Notes under the pieces: model-generated | Told to the model about the DNA's origin: nothing | What the model saw: the letters and a program-made list of their open reading frames with translations, nothing else | The model's database searches: none | Shown here: in pieces, positions 45,303-54,375 of the stretch | How positions within the stretch are numbered: the stretch's first letter is position 1 | Layout: each line of letters opens with the position of its first letter | Position numbers and translations under genes: made by a program | Origin: Anaerolineaceae bacterium | GTDB taxonomy: Bacteria; Chloroflexota; Anaerolineae; Anaerolineales; Anaerolineaceae | NCBI GenBank assembly: GCA_037445245.1 | Contig: JBBIKU010000001.1 | Location: 6,104 to 70,103 of the forward strand | Direction: 5' to 3' | DNA: 64,000 nucleotides

Positions 45303-46982
45303 ATGAGCACGTTCAACCACACGTTACGCAACCTGATTGAAAATACGCCGGAAAAGGTGGCGCTGTACCTGCTGGAGAGCGGCAAACCAGATCAGACCAT
45401 CACCTATGGTAGTTTGATCGAGGGCGCCACCGCTTACGAAGCTGCCTTGCGCCAGCACGGCGTCGGCGCCGGCGAGGCGGTGGTGTTAATCCTCCAGCAT
45501 GGACGTGCGCATGTGGACGCCTATTTCGGTGTTATTCTGCGCGGCGCTATTCCCTCGGTGATGCCTTTTTTAACTGAAAAATTGCTCCCTGAACGCTACC
45601 GCGCTGAGCTGGCAGCATTAATCGAGATCATCCAGCCGGCTGCCATCATCACCTATGCTGAATTTGAAGCAGAAGTGCGTGCGGCGCTTAAACCGGAGGA
45701 TTCGGTACGGGCAGTGATTGTGGCTGAAAATGTCCCGCCGGTATCGCCGCCGGTTTTCGATACCTTCGAGGGTCTGCGGCGGGCGCCGCAAGATATTGTT
45801 CTGCTGCAGCATTCCTCCGGCACGACCGGTTTGCAAAAGGGTGTTGCCCTTTCGCACCAGGCAGTCTTTAACCAGTTAAAAAGCTACAGTCAGGCAATCC
45901 GTCTGACGCAGCAGGACGTGATCGTCAGTTGGTTGCCGTTATATCACGACATGGGATTGATTGCGGGCTTTCTCATGCCAGTGTTACTTGGAATCCCATT
46001 GGTCTTGATGTCGCCGTTCGAGTGGGTGCGGGCTCCATATAAGTTGATGCAGGCAGTCTCACGGTACCGCGGCACGTTGGCGTGGTTGCCCAACTTTGCC
46101 TACAACTTCTGCACTCAAAAAGTGCGTGACCGTCACCTAGAAGGGGTGGATCTTTCCAGTTGGCGAGCGGTCATTAACTGTTCGGAACCAGTGCGCTGGG
46201 AAAGCCACCAACTTTTCCTCGAACGCTTCGTGCCCTACGGTTTCAAGTCCGAGGCGCTGGCAGCGAGTTATGCCATGGCAGAAAATGTCTTCGCGGTGAC
46301 TCAGGGAGGCATCGATGCGCCGCTGACGGTGGACGTGATTGATCGCCAGGCGTTCGAGAGCAAGCGTCGGGCGATTCCGGCGCAAGCCGGTAAGCCCGCT
46401 ATCAAAATGGTCTCTAATGGGTTGCCGATCCCCAACGTGCAGGTACGCATTGTTTCCGATGATGGCAAGGAACTCGGCGAGCGACAGGTAGGCGAGATTG
46501 CCTTACAGAGTAACTGTATGCTGACTGGTTACTATCGCCGACCGGATGAGACCCAGAAAGCCTTCCTGGATGGCTGGTACCTGACTGGCGATTACGGATA
46601 TTTGCTGAATGGCGAACTGTATGTTTCAGGCAGAAAAAAGGACCTGATCATTGTTGGTGGAAAGAACATTTACCCACAGGATCTGGAACGGCTGGCGATG
46701 GCGGTTGACGGTGTTCATCCCGGGCGAGTGGTGGCGTTCGGTGTTTTCGATGAAGTCTCTGGTACTGAGGAGGTTGTGATCGTGGCGGAGGTGGACACTG
46801 ACGGCGCCGCAGAACGCAGACGTATCGCTGAGAACGTGCATTGGGAAGTGCGGCGCGGTTCAGCAATAGTACCGCGCCAAGTGCATCTGGTTGGTCCCCG
46901 CTGGTTGATTAAAACCAGCAGTGGAAAAACTGCCCGAGGCGCCAATCGTGATAAATATCTAGCTGAAGTGGAGCGGACCTAG
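45303..46982 (+). CDS. Acyl-AMP ligase (AMP-dependent synthetase; FAAL/DltA-like)
   Basis: 559 aa with LLQHSSGTTGLQKGV (A3 core), YLTGDYGY, GRKKDLIIVGGKNIYP, and SSGKTAR. Confidence 0.85.
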   Translation: MSTFNHTLRNLIENTPEKVALYLLESGKPDQTITYGSLIEGATAYEAALRQHGVGAGEAVVLILQHGRAHVDAYFGVILRGAIPSVMPFLTEKLLPERYRAELAALIEIIQPAAIITYAEFEAEVRAALKPEDSVRAVIVAENVPPVSPPVFDTFEGLRRAPQDIVLLQHSSGTTGLQKGVALSHQAVFNQLKSYSQAIRLTQQDVIVSWLPLYHDMGLIAGFLMPVLLGIPLVLMSPFEWVRAPYKLMQAVSRYRGTLAWLPNFAYNFCTQKVRDRHLEGVDLSSWRAVINCSEPVRWESHQLFLERFVPYGFKSEALAASYAMAENVFAVTQGGIDAPLTVDVIDRQAFESKRRAIPAQAGKPAIKMVSNGLPIPNVQVRIVSDDGKELGERQVGEIALQSNCMLTGYYRRPDETQKAFLDGWYLTGDYGYLLNGELYVSGRKKDLIIVGGKNIYPQDLERLAMAVDGVHPGRVVAFGVFDEVSGTEEVVIVAEVDTDGAAERRRIAENVHWEVRRGSAIVPRQVHLVGPRWLIKTSSGKTARGANRDKYLAEVERT

Positions 46983-47035
46983 CCACTTTGTGTTCGCTGC
47001 TTTGGGGGAGGATCAATTTATTCCAAGGAGGGGGC

Positions 47036-47237
47036 ATGTTTTTAACGAACGAAAACCTTACGGCTGTATTTGCCGGCGAATCGGAGGTATTAGGTTTTGC
47101 CCAAAAAGTCGATAAAGAGGACTTGCCAAGGCTGCCTCTCCGTTTCGAGCTTCGTTGCCTATGCTGAAACGGCGCGTGCCATTAATCACCTTCACGAAGA
47201 ATGTCGTTCTGATCAGACACTCATGACGTATATGTGA
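47036..47237 (+). pseudogene. Rubrerythrin-like gene remnant (frameshifted and 3'-truncated)
   Basis: A good RBS (AAGGAGGGGG) precedes MFLTNENLTAVFAGESEV..., matching the ENL..AFAGES rubrerythrin start. It stops at 47165-47167. The continuation ...FVAYAETARAINHLHEE is in the +1 frame and ends at 47235-47237. Only about 65 codons remain. Confidence 0.45.
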
Positions 47238-47249
47238 TTGGGATAAAGG

Positions 47250-47690
47250 TCAGCGATAATAGTCCGTCCCCATGATGTAGTCTTCTAAGTGGCGGAGAGA
47301 GATCTCCTGATTGGTGATGATGGCTTTTACCACGTCTCCGATCGAGATCACGCCGATCAGCTTGCCCTCAGAAACCACCGGCAAGTGGCGGATGCGCTTG
47401 TCGGTCATCAGCGCCATGCACTCGTCCAGAGTCTGCTCCGGTCCGACAAAATACACCTTGCGAGTCATCAACTCGCCGATTGGGGTATCTACGGATACAC
47501 TTTTAAGGATGCTTTTTCGGGCGTAATCGCGTTCGGAGAAAAGTCCTTTGACTTTGTCCCCCTCCATCACCAGCACGGCGCCAATGTTCTTGCTCTCCAT
47601 AAGCTTGAGCGCATCCAGAACGGTGGCGTCCAACGGAACTGTATAAATCTCATTCCCTTTGGTTTTCAAGATCTGACGGACTATGGTCAT
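47250..47690 (-). CDS. CBS-pair domain protein (third paralogue)
   Basis: 146 aa with RIRHLPVVSEGKLIGVISIGDVVK. Collinear with 2977-3420 and 3447-3884. Confidence 0.85.
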   Translation of the reverse strand: MTIVRQILKTKGNEIYTVPLDATVLDALKLMESKNIGAVLVMEGDKVKGLFSERDYARKSILKSVSVDTPIGELMTRKVYFVGPEQTLDECMALMTDKRIRHLPVVSEGKLIGVISIGDVVKAIITNQEISLRHLEDYIMGTDYYR

Positions 47691-47937
47691 TTTTCATCCT
47701 CCTTCCAGTAAACGTGAAGATAAACCGACATGGCTAACAAATACCCTACAAGTATCTTATAAAAAAACGACTCGAAATGCAACTGTTTTGGGGCGTAAAA
47801 ACGTTGGGGTTGGGTAATTTAGTTGGCTGCCTTTTGCATTGCTTGCCACTTCTAGAAACAACACAGCGAATGTGGGCCAAAATAGACAGTACTTGTTGTT
47901 ATTACTGCTTCTTGCAAACCAAAGGTTGCCGTGCCGA

Positions 47938-48267
47938 TTAATCTTTCTCGTTCAACATGGTCAATAGCATCTTGACTGGGGTACGGGCAAATAGGCTGTG
48001 GGGCAGGTGAGGGGGCATATGCGCCCAGGTGCCTGCCACACCGTTGATGACATCCTCGCCCAGTTTGAGGTCAGCCTCGCCTTCCAGAATGTGGATCATT
48101 GCTGGGACGGAGGCGGTGTGCTCCGATAGTTCCTGCCCGGCGGCGAAAGCGAACAGAATTACCTTGAGCGTCTCGTCTTTGTAAAGCGTGCGACTAACGA
48201 TGCTTTCTACCAGAATGGTTTCTATGGCTTGATTGAGATTATTGATCAGCAGGTAGCTGGCTTTCAT
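47938..48267 (-). CDS. Cupin-domain protein
   Basis: 109 aa with HTASVPAMIHILEGEADL...GTWAHMPPHLPHSLFA. Confidence 0.7.
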   Translation of the reverse strand: MKASYLLINNLNQAIETILVESIVSRTLYKDETLKVILFAFAAGQELSEHTASVPAMIHILEGEADLKLGEDVINGVAGTWAHMPPHLPHSLFARTPVKMLLTMLNEKD

Positions 48268-48296
48268 GCTTGTCTCCGTTTCATAAACAGGGATGG

Positions 48297-49562
48297 CTAA
48301 CGTCCTGCTGGAGTGGTATCGTCCAGCAGGCGGCGTTCGCCTTCTAGCTGGCGCAGGCGGGTGATGTCTTGGGTAACTTCGAGGGTTCCGCGGTAGCTAC
48401 CTTTTTCGTCCCGCAGCGCATAATAAGCGATGTGGACGAATTTGCTCCCTATCTGAATCCAAAAAATTGCCTCGTCCCTGACTCCGGAACGGAAGTCATC
48501 CAAGATCCGCTGAACACGATCCATGCTCTGGGGTGGGTGACAATGCTGTACCTTACGTCCGATGATCGCTGGTGAGCGCTCAAAGACCCGATCCCTGGTC
48601 TGGGAGAAGAAGCGCACCTCATCCTGTTCGTCCACGAAGGTCAAATCGACTGGCAGGGTCGAGATCATCCAGTTGATTTGTTCCAGAGTAAGAGCGCCGA
48701 TATTGAGTGGAAGTGGGTGTCCGTTGGCGAGGATTGCTTCCGAAGCAGCAAGCGGGGCTGCGCTTGGTGCCGGGCTGGCTTGCACAGGCGATTGCGGTTG
48801 CCAGTCTTCGGGTTGAACGAAAAAGAAGCCGATTTCGTCCTCCTGAGCGCGAATATCAGCCCATTCTGCTTCCTGAAGGCGGTCCAGTGCAGCCTGGAAG
48901 AGGATGTTCTCCTCTTTGTAGAACATCTCGCGCATGGCGGTGTCGATGCGGGCAAAGATGGTATCGATTTCGTTGACGAATTTGGCGGCATCCTCCCCGA
49001 CGCCGGCTTCTAGCAGGGTTGCCAGTGTTTTCCAGTCGGAGCGGATGTCGTTGTGGATTCCCCACATTACCGTTGATGGTCCGCTAAACCCGTGTTTTTC
49101 CAGGTAGGGAAACAACAGGTTCTCTTTGCGCAGGTAATGCTTGTCAAAGCTGCGCAGCTTGTCGAGTTGCTTGTGAGCGAGCTGCAGGGTAATGCTGTTG
49201 GGATGCTCCTTCAGATCTTCCAGTACGTGGCGCAGATTGTCAAGAACTTCCTCGGCGGCGCGGTTTTCGATACGCAGGGTATAGAGGGGGTGTCCAGGGG
49301 TCATGTCGGGGCTTTGGTTTTTATCAAGCGATTCGCGAAACACGGCAACATGAACATCGCACAGGCGCTGGATTTCCGCTGCCGGCAAACCCTCCTGAAT
49401 TAATTGTTGTTCCACCTCGGCAATCTCAGTAGCATCGACCTCTGTGAGCAGCGCCGCAAACTCAGATTTGACCTCATCGATGCTTTTACCGGCGTGCAAC
49501 TGCCGCAGGATATTCTTGATGATTTCTTTGCGCCGGGTAACGTTATTGATCCATTCGCTCAT
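48297..49562 (-). CDS. DUF438 / hemerythrin-like / PAS-domain sensor protein
   Basis: 421 aa. The N-terminus ...LHAGKSIDEVKSEFAALL...EQQLIQEGLPAAEIQRLCDVHVAVF is the DUF438 pattern. The C-terminal PAS-like block is ...GRKVQHCHPPQSMDRVQRILDDFRSG.... Confidence 0.7.
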   Translation of the reverse strand: MSEWINNVTRRKEIIKNILRQLHAGKSIDEVKSEFAALLTEVDATEIAEVEQQLIQEGLPAAEIQRLCDVHVAVFRESLDKNQSPDMTPGHPLYTLRIENRAAEEVLDNLRHVLEDLKEHPNSITLQLAHKQLDKLRSFDKHYLRKENLLFPYLEKHGFSGPSTVMWGIHNDIRSDWKTLATLLEAGVGEDAAKFVNEIDTIFARIDTAMREMFYKEENILFQAALDRLQEAEWADIRAQEDEIGFFFVQPEDWQPQSPVQASPAPSAAPLAASEAILANGHPLPLNIGALTLEQINWMISTLPVDLTFVDEQDEVRFFSQTRDRVFERSPAIIGRKVQHCHPPQSMDRVQRILDDFRSGVRDEAIFWIQIGSKFVHIAYYALRDEKGSYRGTLEVTQDITRLRQLEGERRLLDDTTPAGR

Positions 49563-49577
49563 CTAAATGCCTCTTCT

Positions 49578-49796
49578 CTAGTGTATTTGCGATTCCCAAA
49601 CGATTTCGAATGCACAGCGGATGGCGTGCTGCGGGCAAAGCGCTTCGCAATCGGTGCAGTACGTGCAGGCTCGGGGACGATTGAAAACTGGACCGACAGC
49701 CGCCATTGTCAACGCTTGGGTAGGACACTTTTGAACACAGACACCACAACGGTCACATTTTTCTAAACCGATCTCGGGTAAAGTCCAGTTGCTCAT
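49578..49796 (-). CDS. 2x[4Fe-4S] ferredoxin
   Basis: 72 aa with CDRCGVCVQKCP and CTYCTDCEALCP. Confidence 0.85.
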   Translation of the reverse strand: MSNWTLPEIGLEKCDRCGVCVQKCPTQALTMAAVGPVFNRPRACTYCTDCEALCPQHAIRCAFEIVWESQIH

Positions 49797-49873
49797 GGCA
49801 AACCACCTTCCTGTTGGCTGCTTTTAGCGTACCAGAAAGGCGATGGCGGGTCTACGACAAAAGTCGCACGGAT

Positions 49874-50530
49874 TCAGGATTCTGACTCGGCTTCTAGTCC
49901 GGCACGACTGATCAGAGTGATTCGCTGACGCTCGATGCGCACCAGACCGGAATCGATAAATTCGCGCAGCACTCTACCGATCATATCGCGCACTGTGCCT
50001 AGCTGGGCAGCAATTTCGTCCTGCGTCCAGCGCAGGGTAGATCCATCGCTGTCGGCTTGCTCGAGCAAAAAGCGCGCCAAGCGGACGCGCACAGTGCACA
50101 GCGAGAGCGATTCGACTAGATTGGTGAGATGCGCCAGTCTTCCAGCAAAGTTTTCAAGGACCGCCAGTGCCAAGTCGTGATGATATTCGCATAGCCGACG
50201 AAATTCGTTTGCTGGGATTACCAGCAACCGCGCCTGGGTCAGGGCGGCGGCGTGAGCGTGGTTGCCGGCGCCGGTGAGAAAGATTGGCGCCAGGTTGAAG
50301 GCGTCTCCGGTAGAAAGACGCAGCAATACCTGTTCGCGCCCTTGCGGTGAAAGGCGGAATGTTTTTACCTCGCCTGATTCGATGAAATGCGCTCCAGTGC
50401 AAGGCTCGCCTTCTACCAGGATCGTTGATCCGGCGGGATGGGCGCGGCGGATGGCGACCCTGGCAATCTGTGCCAGGGTCTCATCGGAAATGGAAGTAAA
50501 CAGCCGCAAGCGGCGAAGCGATTCGTCCAC
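49874..50530 (-). CDS. Crp/Fnr-family transcriptional regulator
   Basis: 218 aa with an N-terminal cNMP-binding-like barrel and a C-terminal HTH (QDEIAAQLGTVRDMIGRVLREF). Confidence 0.85.
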   Translation of the reverse strand: MDESLRRLRLFTSISDETLAQIARVAIRRAHPAGSTILVEGEPCTGAHFIESGEVKTFRLSPQGREQVLLRLSTGDAFNLAPIFLTGAGNHAHAAALTQARLLVIPANEFRRLCEYHHDLALAVLENFAGRLAHLTNLVESLSLCTVRVRLARFLLEQADSDGSTLRWTQDEIAAQLGTVRDMIGRVLREFIDSGLVRIERQRITLISRAGLEAESES

Positions 50531-50789
50531 GGAAAGATCTCTGAGAAAATCTGTTTATAAAAAATAGCATGCCGTGGCAAGGAAGTCAAGCCACCAACAA
50601 CCTCGCAGCCAGCCTGAACCGTTATCACCACAACCGGGTGTTCAGGAACCAGGGCAACCAATCGCGGCTTGCCTTTGCAGGACAGCGCTTGCAAATAATA
50701 TTACTGCTGGTGTTGCTTGCTCACTGCTGAGGGGGATAAATATCTGCATCGGTGCTGTATAATTAGGTGGCTAGAAAGGAGTGTAGCGC

Positions 50790-51428
50790 ATGGAACCGAT
50801 ACTCAAAGAAATCTACGACAGCATCATTGATGGGAATCATACCCTTGCGTCCGAAAAGGTGCAGCAGGCACTGGAGCAGAAAATTGAGCCTTCCCGCGTC
50901 CTCAATGAAGGTATGGTTAACGCCATGAACGAAGTCGGACGGCTGTTCGAGGAGGGAGAGTACTTCGTTCCCGAGATGTTGATTGCCGCCCGTGCTATGC
51001 AAGCCGGGCTGGCGGTGCTCAAGCCACAGCTAGTGCAGGCGGATATCAAATCCACCGGTAAGGTGGTCACCGGCACGGTCAAAGGCGATCTGCATGACAT
51101 CGGCAAGAATCTGGTGGCAATGATGCTGGAGGGGGCGGCTTTCGAGATCGTCGACCTCGGCTCGGATGTCAGCCCTGAGACATTCGTCGCGGCGGTCAAA
51201 GACAACAAACCTAATATCGTGGCGCTCTCGGCGTTGTTGACCACCACCATGCTAAATATGAAGGTCACCATCGCCGCGCTGGAGGAGGCGGGTTTGCGCG
51301 ATCAGGTCAAGGTCATTGTGGGTGGCGCACCGTTGACTTTACAATATGCCCGGGAGATTGGAGCGGACGGTTACGCTCCGGATGCCAGCCGGGCGGTGGC
51401 GCTGGCGCGCTCGCTGGTCGGGGCATAA
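50790..51428 (+). CDS. Cobalamin-binding (corrinoid) protein of methyltransferase systems
   Basis: 212 aa with a B12-binding_2 cap helix region and GTVKGDLHDIGKNLV (DxHxxG) plus a Rossmann B12-binding domain. Confidence 0.85.
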   Translation: MEPILKEIYDSIIDGNHTLASEKVQQALEQKIEPSRVLNEGMVNAMNEVGRLFEEGEYFVPEMLIAARAMQAGLAVLKPQLVQADIKSTGKVVTGTVKGDLHDIGKNLVAMMLEGAAFEIVDLGSDVSPETFVAAVKDNKPNIVALSALLTTTMLNMKVTIAALEEAGLRDQVKVIVGGAPLTLQYAREIGADGYAPDASRAVALARSLVGA

Positions 51429-51520
51429 ACCTGGCAGCGACTTGTGTTTATCCCGGAATGCGGTGGTTAAGGCAGACACTCTGCTGAAACCACTCGTTTC
51501 GTTTTTGCAGGAGCGCAATC

Positions 51521-52408
51521 ATGACCACATCCGTTTTTATCGAATGGCTGAAAGACGGGGATGTCCTGCTGGCGGACGGCGCCACCGGTAGCAACCTTCA
51601 AGCGAATGGGTTACCAATGGGGGTTGCCGGTGAAACTTGGGTGCTCGAAAATCCGGACGCCATTGTTCAATTGCATCAAAAATTCATTGAAGCCGGCTCT
51701 GATATTGTGCTCACCTGTACCTTTGGCGGCACAGCCTTACGATTGGAACAATCCGGGCTTGCTGCTCGCATGGTAGAGATCAACCGACAGGCGGTGGCGC
51801 TGGCGCGCCAGGCAGTCGGGAAGGCGACGGTGCTGGTGGCGGGGTCGATCGGTCCGCTGGGGCATCTGCTCAAGCCGCTTGGGCCAGTAGAGGAAACTGA
51901 TGCAATCGCCGCCTACCGAGCCCAGGCACAAGTATTGGATGAATCCGGCGTCGATCTGTTGTTGATCGAAACCCAGTTTGATTTGGCGGAGGCAAAGGCA
52001 GCCATCCGAGGAGTGCGCTCGGTTAGCTCACTGCCACTGGTGTGCTCGTTTAGTTTCGACCGAGGCACCCGTACCATGATGGGCGTTCGCCCGCGCCAGA
52101 TTGGTGAGCAACTGCCGCCCCTGGGCGTGGATGTGGTCGGCATCAATTGCGGTCGCAGCCTGGGAGAGAATCTGGAATCGCTCAGGGAACTGGTTTCCGT
52201 TGTGGATATTCCGGTGTGGTTTAAACCCAACGCCGGCTTGCCGCGTCTGGATGGCACAGGTAAACCGGTGTATGATTTGACCCCAAAGGCGATGGGGGAA
52301 TCTGCTGCGGATTGGCTGGCGGCTGGGGCGAAAGTGGTGGGCGGTTGCTGCGGCACCAGCCCCGAGCACCTGTACCAGATTGCCGCAGTAGTTAAAACCC
52401 GCAAGTAA
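51521..52408 (+). CDS. Homocysteine S-methyltransferase-family (Hcy-binding module-like) protein
   Basis: 295 aa with LLADGATGSNL, the INCG and GGCCGTSPEH zinc-thiolate motifs, and PF02574-like architecture. Confidence 0.8.
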   Translation: MTTSVFIEWLKDGDVLLADGATGSNLQANGLPMGVAGETWVLENPDAIVQLHQKFIEAGSDIVLTCTFGGTALRLEQSGLAARMVEINRQAVALARQAVGKATVLVAGSIGPLGHLLKPLGPVEETDAIAAYRAQAQVLDESGVDLLLIETQFDLAEAKAAIRGVRSVSSLPLVCSFSFDRGTRTMMGVRPRQIGEQLPPLGVDVVGINCGRSLGENLESLRELVSVVDIPVWFKPNAGLPRLDGTGKPVYDLTPKAMGESAADWLAAGAKVVGGCCGTSPEHLYQIAAVVKTRK

Positions 52409-52416
52409 TTTTCCTT

Positions 52417-54267
52417 ATGGCAGACGCGGCAAAAAGAGAAACTCCGATCGAAAAAAAGTTCACGATACACCTTCAGCCTGCTGGACGCCGGGTTACCGTC
52501 GAATCCGGCAGCAGTCTCCTGCAAGCCGCCCAACGTGCCGGGGTTGACCTGGTAGCTGCCTGTGGGGGTGTGGGATTCTGCGGCACCTGCCAGGTGCGTC
52601 TGGTCGAAGGGGAGTTGAAATCGCCCTCGTCATCCGAAACCGCCTTGCTGGGCAGCCAGCGCATATCACAGGGTTTCCGGCTTGCCTGCCGGGCTACGCC
52701 GTTGAGCGATGTGCTTCTGGAAATCCCCCCCGCTTCATTGCCTGCCGCTCAGCGTATGCAGGTGGAGGGCGATGAGAGCTTCGTCGCGCCGCACCCGTTG
52801 GTGACCGCGCTGGATCTGGTGCTGGTGCCGCCGCAAATAACCGACCTGCGCTCTGACTTGAAACGCGTTGATCAGGCGCTGGCGGAAAGCGGGCTTCCGG
52901 CGCTGACGGGTGATCTTCGCAGTCTGGGTGAATTATCCTGCCGCCTGCGTCAGGAGGCCTGGTTGGTGCGGCTTGCCATCCGAAGAGAAGATACGCTTAC
53001 CCGTTTGATTTCTGTGTTGCCGTCAGCAACGCCGCTGTTGGGACTGGCAGTCGATTTAGGCTCGACCAAGCTGGCTCTGTATCTGGTCGAATTAGAGAGC
53101 GGTGCTACGCTGGCGAGTGCGGGTACTATGAATCCCCAGATCGCATACGGCGAGGATGTGGTCAGCCGGATCGCCTTTGCCAATCAGAGCGACACCAATC
53201 GGTTGCTGCTGCAAACCCGTCTGGTGGATACATTAAACGAAGTGATTCTCGACCTGTGCAATAGGGCAGGTGCCGAACCCAACCAGATTGTGGACGGGGT
53301 GGTGGTGGGTAACACTGCCATGCACCATTTCTTTTGTGGACTGCCGGTGACGCAATTGGGTTCATCTCCCTATGTTCCTGCAGTGAGCGAGGAGCTGGAT
53401 TTTTCCGCCGCTGAGGTCGGGTTAAATATGGCGCCCGGAGCGCAAGTGCACATGCCGGCGAACATCGCCGGATTTGTGGGCGCCGATCACACTGCTGCCC
53501 TGCTTTCCGCTCGCATGCGCAAAAACGGCGACGCCAAGGTGCTGGTGGATATCGGCACCAACACCGAAATCAGCTTGGCGGTTGGAGAACGGCTGTACAC
53601 TTGTTCAACCGCTTCGGGACCGGCATTTGAGGGTGCGCATATCCGTGATGGGATGCGAGCTGCTCCAGGCGCTATCGAACGCGTTAACTTGGAAGGGGGC
53701 AAGGTTGTTGTTACCACCATTGACGGGCGAGCGCCGGTGGGAATCTGCGGTACGGGTATCTTGAGCGCCGTTGCCCAGATGCTGGACACAGGCATCATTG
53801 ATCGACGCGGCAGCCTGCGTCGGAACGCCGAGGGGGTGCGTTTGGTGGACGGCAGAGCAGCATTCGTGCTGGTAACCACCGCTGCAAGCGGACACGGGCG
53901 TGATATTTTGATCACCCACAGAGACATAAACGAGATTCAGCTTGCCAAGGGCGCCATTCGCGCCGGGATCGAGGTTCTGTTGGAGGAAGCCGGTTTGGAT
54001 GCGGAGCAGGTGGCGGAGTGGATCATTGCCGGCGCATTCGGCACCTATCTAGATATCCCCAGCGCGCTGCGTATAGGAATGTTCCCCAATCTGCCCGTAG
54101 AGCGCTTTCACCAGGTGGGCAATGCCGCCGGAGTGGGCGCCAAGCAAATGTTGATCTCGTGCCGTAAACGACAGGAGGCGCAGAGTCTGGTGGAAGGGGT
54201 TGATTACATTGAATTGACAATTTATCCCGGTTTCAACCGACGCTTCGTCGACGCGATGTATTTTTAA
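52417..54267 (+). CDS. Corrinoid reductive activase (RACo/RamA-like: 2Fe-2S ferredoxin plus ASKHA domain)
   Basis: 616 aa with an N-terminal plant-type ferredoxin (ACGGVGFCGTCQV) and a C-terminal ASKHA/DUF4445-like region (GLAVDLGSTK..., DIGTNTE..., AGAFG). Confidence 0.8.
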   Translation: MADAAKRETPIEKKFTIHLQPAGRRVTVESGSSLLQAAQRAGVDLVAACGGVGFCGTCQVRLVEGELKSPSSSETALLGSQRISQGFRLACRATPLSDVLLEIPPASLPAAQRMQVEGDESFVAPHPLVTALDLVLVPPQITDLRSDLKRVDQALAESGLPALTGDLRSLGELSCRLRQEAWLVRLAIRREDTLTRLISVLPSATPLLGLAVDLGSTKLALYLVELESGATLASAGTMNPQIAYGEDVVSRIAFANQSDTNRLLLQTRLVDTLNEVILDLCNRAGAEPNQIVDGVVVGNTAMHHFFCGLPVTQLGSSPYVPAVSEELDFSAAEVGLNMAPGAQVHMPANIAGFVGADHTAALLSARMRKNGDAKVLVDIGTNTEISLAVGERLYTCSTASGPAFEGAHIRDGMRAAPGAIERVNLEGGKVVVTTIDGRAPVGICGTGILSAVAQMLDTGIIDRRGSLRRNAEGVRLVDGRAAFVLVTTAASGHGRDILITHRDINEIQLAKGAIRAGIEVLLEEAGLDAEQVAEWIIAGAFGTYLDIPSALRIGMFPNLPVERFHQVGNAAGVGAKQMLISCRKRQEAQSLVEGVDYIELTIYPGFNRRFVDAMYF

Positions 54268-54375
54268 TGCTCTCCCCTCGACGTTCATCTGATGGCTGTC
54301 GCGTGTGTGCGGCAAATTTACCAGCATTCTAATGCCCGATCAATTCGGTCCGACAGAGTCATCCAGGAGACAGGC

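Noticed and set aside
50531-50789. Possible cobalamin riboswitch upstream of the corrinoid operon.
   Set aside because: I looked on both strands for the B12-box and the GGGAA...GGTG...CCACTG core. I found only a simple hairpin (CCTGAAC...GTTCAGG, about 50618-50651). A covariance-model search (Rfam RF00174) would settle it.
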